Shown here piece by piece: positions 50,918 through 57,394 of a DNA stretch of 57,394 bases. The DNA is taken from the NCBI RefSeq assembly GCF_001194135.2, contig NC_068984.1, positions 94,325,407-94,382,800 of the forward strand, written 5' to 3'. The position numbers were made by a program, and so were the translations under genes. The DNA comes from Octopus bimaculoides (taxonomy: Eukaryota). The notes beneath the pieces were generated by a model. It did no database searches. It saw only the letters and a program-made list of their open reading frames with translations, and had not been told where the DNA came from. The stretch's first letter is position 1. Each line of letters opens with the position of its first letter.

Positions 50918-51439
50918 ACACTTTGGTTAAACAGTTAATCAATAGTTCAAATGTTCATTATTGTTATCCAGTTGTATCACATCAAACACTCCAGGTGTGC
51001 GATTGTTTTCATTTTTGATAGTGTTGTAGTTCTCCAGCAGTTTGCGGTCCAACATCACAATTCCATCAATGTTGTTTGGGTATGTGCTTTTGTTTCTCAC
51101 ATGTTGTTGTGGTTGTCATCGTTGTCTCATCTATTTCAATTTGTTGCTGAAGTGTTTGTTACAGGCACAGTTTATGCTGTTGTACTCCTGTTGGATGATC
51201 ATTGCAAGTCTTGATTCCTCATATGGTGTGATCATGTGCTTGAGTTTCCAATCTATACACCAAGGTCATCAACTCAGCTGTAGGATGACTCAGGCTCACA
51301 GAGGATCAAGCTGGTAGACCTAGGTGCATGCTACTGATTGACATCAAAAAGAGAAAAATGAAATGTGTGCCCTAGGATTACCACCAAAGTATGCCATGTA
51401 TAACAAAGAAATTAGCCGAATATGCAGACTTAATGCATG

Positions 51440-51920
51440 CCAACTAAAACCCTTGTGAGTGGATTTGGTAGATGTAGACAGAAGAGTGTATGTATGTCTT
51501 CTTGTTTTAATCTGAAATTGTTAAAACAAGCATCACTGTCATACAAGCAGAGTTCCTCATTTCCAGTCGTCTGTGAAAACATGACTGGCCATGAGCAAAC
51601 ATTGCTTGTAAACAGGAAGGGGTTGATGATAGGAAGGACGTCTGGCCATAGAAAATCTTCCTCAACAAATTTCATCTGACACATGCAGGCATATAAAATT
51701 GGACATTAAAACAATGATAATGAGGAATGTACAAGCATGTATTTATGTCTCTTTGGTTTGACATTGAATGATAGTGGATGTTATTACCTAAGTCAAAAGC
51801 AATTGAGTATTGGCAACAGGAAGGATATCTTGCTATAGAAAATTTGCATCAACAAATTTTGTCTGGCCCATGGAAACAGAGAAAAGAGAATATTAAAAGG
51901 CTGAAGATGAGAATGATTAT
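51440..51920 (+). mobile_element. Degenerate SINE fragments (family B core and RTE-tail type)
   Basis: ccttgtgagtggatttggtag; aggaaggacgtctggccatagaaaatc...ggacattaaaacaatgataatgag. Confidence 0.55.
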
Positions 51921-52752
51921 ATAAGTAATACTATACTGTGTAATTTTGGTGCTTAGTTATTTTTTTGATTGTTTGTTATTCTGACAGCTAGCCAAAAAAT
52001 ATGAATAGTAAGAAAGTAACAATGTGTGTGTGTGTGTTAGGGAAAGACAAAAAGAGAGAGAGTGGGTGTGAGTGTGTGTGTACACATATGTGTGACACCC
52101 ATTATATTTAACATTGGCAGTAGCAATTATTGTAGTAGAATATTAAATATCTCAAACAGAGTGATAGTGAATACTAGAGAAGTCATGATTGAAAGATGAC
52201 TGGCGAGATTCTGCAACATTGTAAACCAATAGTGTTTCTAAACATTTTTTCTCCTCACCAGAATCTTTGTAACATTCCCTAGATATGAGAGGTTTTGAGT
52301 CATTAGAAGTAGTTTGACAAGAAGTTGTGAAGTACGTTGGCAAATATGAAGAAATAACAGTATGATTAGTTAATATGCTTTCATTATTAGGGCATGTTCA
52401 AATTCTATTATTTATTTAACATTCTCATATCATTTATTTTACTCTAGAATATATTTTGGGTAACTGTCAATGCATATCTTATAAGGAACCTAGTTCAGAT
52501 TGTAATTTGTTAGTGTGGTTCTTTTCACTTGGGTAACCGAAACAAGCAATGCTTTCCAATGCATTTTGTGTGCTCTGTGGCAGCATTTCCAGCCAATTCT
52601 ATTACAACAATAAAAACAAGATTGTAACAGTGATTGATAAAAGTATTTATGACAAATAATTATCCTCTGCCCTTGTGTAATGAAACTTATTTCTGTAAAC
52701 GTGCTAAGCACTGATCTGATCATAGTTTAATCAATAAGCGTAGGAGCGAGGT

Positions 52753-53035
52753 AAATGCAGTAAAAATAGCAGGGTCAGTGGGGCCTCATTTAAGTGGCCT
52801 TCAGAAATTGAACCTCCTTATGATACTCCCTGGGAGTTCATGGTATGAAATTCATTGTCATTGCTCTGATTTGTCATTGCTCTGTATTTAGTTTAAAATG
52901 CAGTAAAAATAAGGTTGGTCAGTGGGACCCCAATTAGGTGGCCCTTAAAAAAATAGACCCCCCCCCCCTTAAGACATTCCCTGGGATTAGGAGAGTTGCT
53001 AAATTGAGTTTCATTGTCCTTGCACCAAACGTAAT
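52753..53035. repeat. ~140-bp tandem duplication
   Basis: aaatgcagtaaaaata..ggtcagtggg.cc..att.agtggcc at ~52753 and ~52897. Confidence 0.75.
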
Positions 53036-53065
53036 GGACAAAGAAACATCACTCAAATTAAGAAA

Positions 53066-53624
53066 ATGACAGGGTGTTAGAACACCTACAATGTTAGAAG
53101 TAAGAGCTAAAGTGCTTTGATGCTGCAGTCACCGCACATAATTGTCAACATACATACTAACAACAACCTTAAATGGCCAAATTCAGCAGTTGTGATATCC
53201 CTATACTATCAGCAGTTTTGGCTTTAAGACCAAAGCCTCTGCAGTAGGGTCAGCATCACTTGCCAGATTCCAGGTAAGATCACCACCAGTATATATGTCT
53301 ACTCCATAAAAATCTATGGATGATTTAGCAAATTTATTTGTATACACATTAGTGATTCGCTATATCATCCATAGATTTTTATGGAGTAGACATATATAAT
53401 GGTGACAATCTTATCTGGAATATGGCAAGTGGTGCCAACCATACTGAAGAGGCTTTGGTCTTAAAGCTAAAACCGTCGATGGTATAGGGATATCACAACT
53501 GCTGATTTCAGCTGTTTACAGTCACTGACAGTATGTATGTATACAATTATGTGCGTTGACTGCAGTAACAGAGCAGTTTAGCTCTTATTTCTAGCATTGT
53601 AGGTGTTCTAACATCCTCTGTCAT
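53066..53624. repeat. ~560-bp palindrome (arms ~265 bp, ~29-bp spacer) with outward-facing HHR-like motifs
   Basis: 53066-53329 matches the reverse complement of 53359-53624; motifs at 53438-53483 (+) and 53205-53250 (-). Confidence 0.9.
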
Positions 53625-53715
53625 ATTTAATGACAATTATAATTTTCCTTTTTGGTGTTACATTGCTAAACTGCTGCCTAATTTAATTTAATTTATATAT
53701 GAATATATATATATA

Positions 53716-55810
53716 TATAGTAGTAGTAGGCATTTGGCAGTCTTGAGAGGCCATGAATCTGCACCTGAAGAAATCATGTCAGCTGCTGATGGTGGTGCAG
53801 CATCTGTTGTGGTTATACAGGCCCACATGGGAGTGGCAGTTACACATACAGTGACTGCATTTGAAGGAGCTTTCTGCTGGCACTACTGATTTTTTCTTCC
53901 ATCAAGTATGCTTTTCTTTGGTATTGAGTTCCTGTTTTTCTTCCCTCGCTTCATCCCTTTTCACTGAATATGTCTCCAGTATGGGCAATCATATGCAACC
54001 ACCTCCCATCTCAGAACATCCAGATCAAATGACTTCATATCCCTGTTACAGATGTCCTTGAAACGAAGATGAGGTTGTCCTCATGCTCTTGTGCTAATAG
54101 CCAATTCCCCATACAGGAGGTCTTTTGGGATCCTTCTATCTGGCATGTGATGTACATGACTGAGCAAGAAGACAATGCTGCTGGAGCAGGGTAAATATGC
54201 TGGGTATCTTGGCGTGGTTGAGGACTTTGGTGTTGATGATGCAGTCAGTCCACTTGATATCCAAGATGCATCTCACATTATGAAAATGGAAGACGATGCT
54301 GCTCCTGTCTGGAGTAGAGGCTCCATGTCTTGCAAAGTAGTGTACTAAGGACACACAACTTATAGACAGCAATCTTGGTGTTTGCAGTCAGTTTTTTGTT
54401 TCCCCAGACTCTCTTTGTGAACCTGGCAAATGTAGAGGATGCTTGTCAGATTCACCTGTTGATCTCAGGGTCCAGGGAGAGGTCATCAGTGATGGTAGAG
54501 CTGAGGTAGGTGAATTCATGGACTACTTCCAGCTTGTAGTTGTTGATGGCAATAGTAGGGGGAGGGGTGTTTGGTACTTTGATCCAGTACTCTGGTCTTC
54601 TTCAGACTGATAGTCAGGCTGAATTCTTGACAGGCCTTTGAAAGTTTGTCCACAATGTGCTGCATTTGCTCTTCAGGATGCATTGTTAGTGCTGTGTCAT
54701 CTACAAACAGCATTTCTCTGATGAGTACCTGGCACACCCTGGATTTTGCTTTCAGCCTTGATAAACTAAACAGCTTACTGTCTGATCTTTACCACCAACT
54801 GAAGGTAAAGACCATCAGTTGGTGTCCCAAATGCATGTTTCAGCATGGCTGCAAAGAAGATGCCTAACAGGGTGAGAGCAAGCACACAGCTCTGCTTCAA
54901 ACCACTACGTATGTTCAATGCCTCTGAAGAAGAGCCATCAAATTGAATGATGCCTTTCATGTCCATGTGAAATGATTGGATAATCCTGAGGAGTCTTGAA
55001 GGACAGCCAATCTCAGCAAGGATTTTGAACTGGCCATCTCTACTGACAAGCTCAAAAGCCTTTGTGAAGTCAACGAAGGTTGGTAAACAGTGGTTGTCTT
55101 TGCTCTCAGCACTTCTCCTGTAGCTGTCGAAGAGAGAAGATCATGTTAATGGCAGAGCATTCTGATCTGAAACCACACTGAGATTCAGGGTATATCCTCT
55201 CAGTGATTTTCTGTAGTCTGTTTAGGACCACGTGGGCAAAGACCTTCTCGACGATGCTTAACAGTGAGATGCCTCGGTAATTATTGCAGTCACTTTTGTC
55301 CCCTTTGTTCTTATACAGGGTGACAATGTTGCAATCTCTCATGTCCTGTGGGACTGATCCTTCCTCCCAGCACTGACACAGTAGCTTCAGCAAGTGGCTA
55401 AGTAGAACTCTCCTTGCACATCTGATGATCTCTGGTGGGATACCATCCAAACCCAATGCTTTTCCAGTTGGCAAGCCATCAATGGCTCTACTCAGTTCTT
55501 CAGCAGTTGGTAGTGTGTCCAGCTCCTCTATGACAGGTAGGTGTTCTGTGGTGTCTGGCACACTGTCCGAGATGTTGTTTTCCATGCTGTAGTGTTCAGA
55601 ATAGTGTTCCATCCATCTCTCTAGCTGCTCTCTTTCGCTCTTGATAACTTCCCCTGTTCTGGATTTGAGTAAAGCTATCTTGCTCTGGGTTGGGCTGATG
55701 GCTTTCTTGATACCCTCATACATTTCCCGAATTTTGCCTGTATCAGATGGATATCTACACATAGTTGTAACCAGTAGTCATTTTCACACTGTCTCATTGT
55801 CTTCTGTTGA
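53716..55810 (-). mobile_element. RTE-1/BovB-like LINE, 5'-truncated, degenerate
   Basis: ORF 55106-55762 (GKALGLDGIPPE..NYRGISLLS..ESQCGFR..SLRQLQEKC), FVDFTKAF, LFVDD, C-terminal CHSHVGLYNH; (TAG)n tail at ~53718. Confidence 0.93.
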
Positions 55811-56255
55811 GAATTAGATGAATGCTGACAAAATATTTGAGAAAATAATGCTTCTGACTGTTTTGGCATGTATTTACACTTTTAATATAACAGTTTTAAA
55901 GGTTTGAAAAGGACTATGAACAGTCAGAATATGCTACAACTAACATTTTTAATGCCTTTTCCTCCATGTTGAAAGATTTCATATTAGGATTTTATTAGGA
56001 TGTCATATATTAGATTTTTTTTTTTTTGTAACTTATGCAAAGTGTTCTTCCAATTAGAATGAGGTCATAGATATGTTATTGTCAAGCAGACTAGCATTAT
56101 GATTAGTAGTAATTGAGTATTAAGGAAACAGACAGATCTATAACAGGATGTTCTAGAAACCAAACTTTATTCAAGGCTTTGCAACTTCCCTTGGCTAGTC
56201 ATTGCTAAGTCTACTTTTGAGGATAATAGTTATTAAATCTCTGTCAAAGGATATA

Positions 56256-56660
56256 CTCTTTACTCTTTTACTTGTTTCAGTCATTTGACTGTGGCCATGC
56301 TGGAGCACTGCCTTTTGGTTGAGCTAATTGACACCAGGACTTATTCTTTGTAAGCCTAGTACTTATTCTATTGGTCTCTTGAGCCGAACTGCTAAGTTAC
56401 AGGGACGTAAACACACCAGCATTGGTTGTCAAGCGATGTTGGGGGGGACAAACACAGACACACAAACACACACACATATATATATATACATATATACGAC
56501 GGGCTTCTTTCAGTTTCCGTCTACCAAATCCACTCACAAGGCTTTGGTTGGCCCGAGGCTATAGTAGAAGACACTTGCCCAAGGTGCCATGCAGTAGGAC
56601 TGAACCCAGAACCATGTGGTTGGTAAGCAAGCTACTTACCACACAGCCACTCCTACACCT
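56256..56660 (-). mobile_element. Full-length tRNA-derived SINE family B (CORE-like)
   Basis: A box TGGCTGTGTGG, B box GGTTCAGTCC, then ggcaccttgggcaagtgtc CORE-like segment, internal (TA/TG)n and an (AAGAGTA)-like tail. Confidence 0.9.
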
Positions 56661-57083
56661 ATGTTTATAATCAATTATAAATAAACTTGATAATCTAGTT
56701 CTTATCCTGCCAAAAACCCAAATAAAATAGTACCTTACTTTTCTAACTATTTTTACCCTGATTCTATTTTCTTGGACAGTTTTCACAAAATTCTAAAACA
56801 AAAGAAAATATTTAAGCTTCTAAAATTACTGTATAGAAACATCAAAACCAATAGGTTGTAGAGTGAGTATCTAATTTCAAAGCTTTTACAGGCATTCCCT
56901 TCATTATGGCTACTTCAGGTTACAGAATTTCATGCTTACAGAAATTGTAAAGTATGACCGCTAATTTTGAAATATGGTCTGTACTTTCCCCCTTATGTGA
57001 ACTTGGATGAATTTTAAAAATTTAAGAACTCATTGTCCTTAACCAAAACACTGCTTCTGGGTAATTTAGTTTAATTCAAGGTA

Positions 57084-57109
57084 TCTATATATATAAAAAT
57101 GAGAATGTG

Positions 57110-57148
<39 letters not shown>

Positions 57149-57394
57149 GTGAATCCCTAAAACTCGAGAACTACGCAACCAATTTCATTCAAATTTTACA
57201 CATGCCTTACTTAGGGTTCCAGTTGTGTTTTAGTCAAAAAAAATTTTTTAACTTCTTGCAGAGTTCGAGCCCACGGCAACATAATATCTCCTCCACTATT
57301 TAAGTATTACGTGTCAAAAGTGAAACAAAAACACTCATGTCAAATACTTCCGCTTTAAAAATGAAACTATTCCACTAACTGAAACAATCACATT
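57084..57394 (+). mobile_element. Non-autonomous Helitron 5' end
   Basis: A|TCTATATATATAAAA start followed by (GTCT)n; runs off the window end. Confidence 0.7.

Larger units (their letters stand above)
48250..51410 (-). repeat. ~712-bp tandem units of a probable PLE ORF N-terminal region, with an inverted piece at 51278-51410
   Basis: Unit starts at ~48269 and ~48981 align; the second unit is interrupted by mariner; 51278-51410 is the reverse complement of 48742-48872; peptide CALRLPPKYAVYNK...NKLKW. Confidence 0.55.

Noticed and set aside
52152-52397. 82-codon open frame on the minus strand, and a plus-strand 70-bp segment (52262-52331) with good splice signals
   Set aside because: No recognisable domain; no usable acceptor on the minus strand; the plus-strand segment has stops in all three frames. 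A non-coding exon cannot be excluded.
56570-56660. tRNA gene
   Set aside because: A and B boxes are present but there is no cloverleaf; it is the SINE head.

Overview
Eukaryotic, AT-rich, gapped draft sequence made almost entirely of decayed transposable elements and microsatellites. The repeat repertoire looks like an octopus/cephalopod genome, which is inferred from memory of the repeat families and was not searched. No host protein-coding gene, rRNA, tRNA gene or CRISPR array is supported. Elements recognised: several RTE-clade LINE families (one carrying a C4HC3 PHD finger inside the RT region), a head-to-tail cluster of R4/Dong-type REL LINEs, Penelope-like (PLE) GIY-YIG remnants, mariner (DD34D), Tc1, pogo/Tigger and a DD82E (Sailor-type) transposase fossil, a Helitron Rep fragment with non-autonomous Helitron ends, and tRNA-derived SINEs. 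The most notable unexplained layer is a set of about 10 minimal type-I hammerhead ribozyme (HHR) motifs from at least 6 unrelated sequence families. Three lie just downstream of PLE GIY-YIG fragments. Several sit in head-to-head palindromes with the motif pointing outward, and one intact HHR (31485-31546) lies in an ORF-less ~500 bp partial tandem unit resembling a retrozyme.
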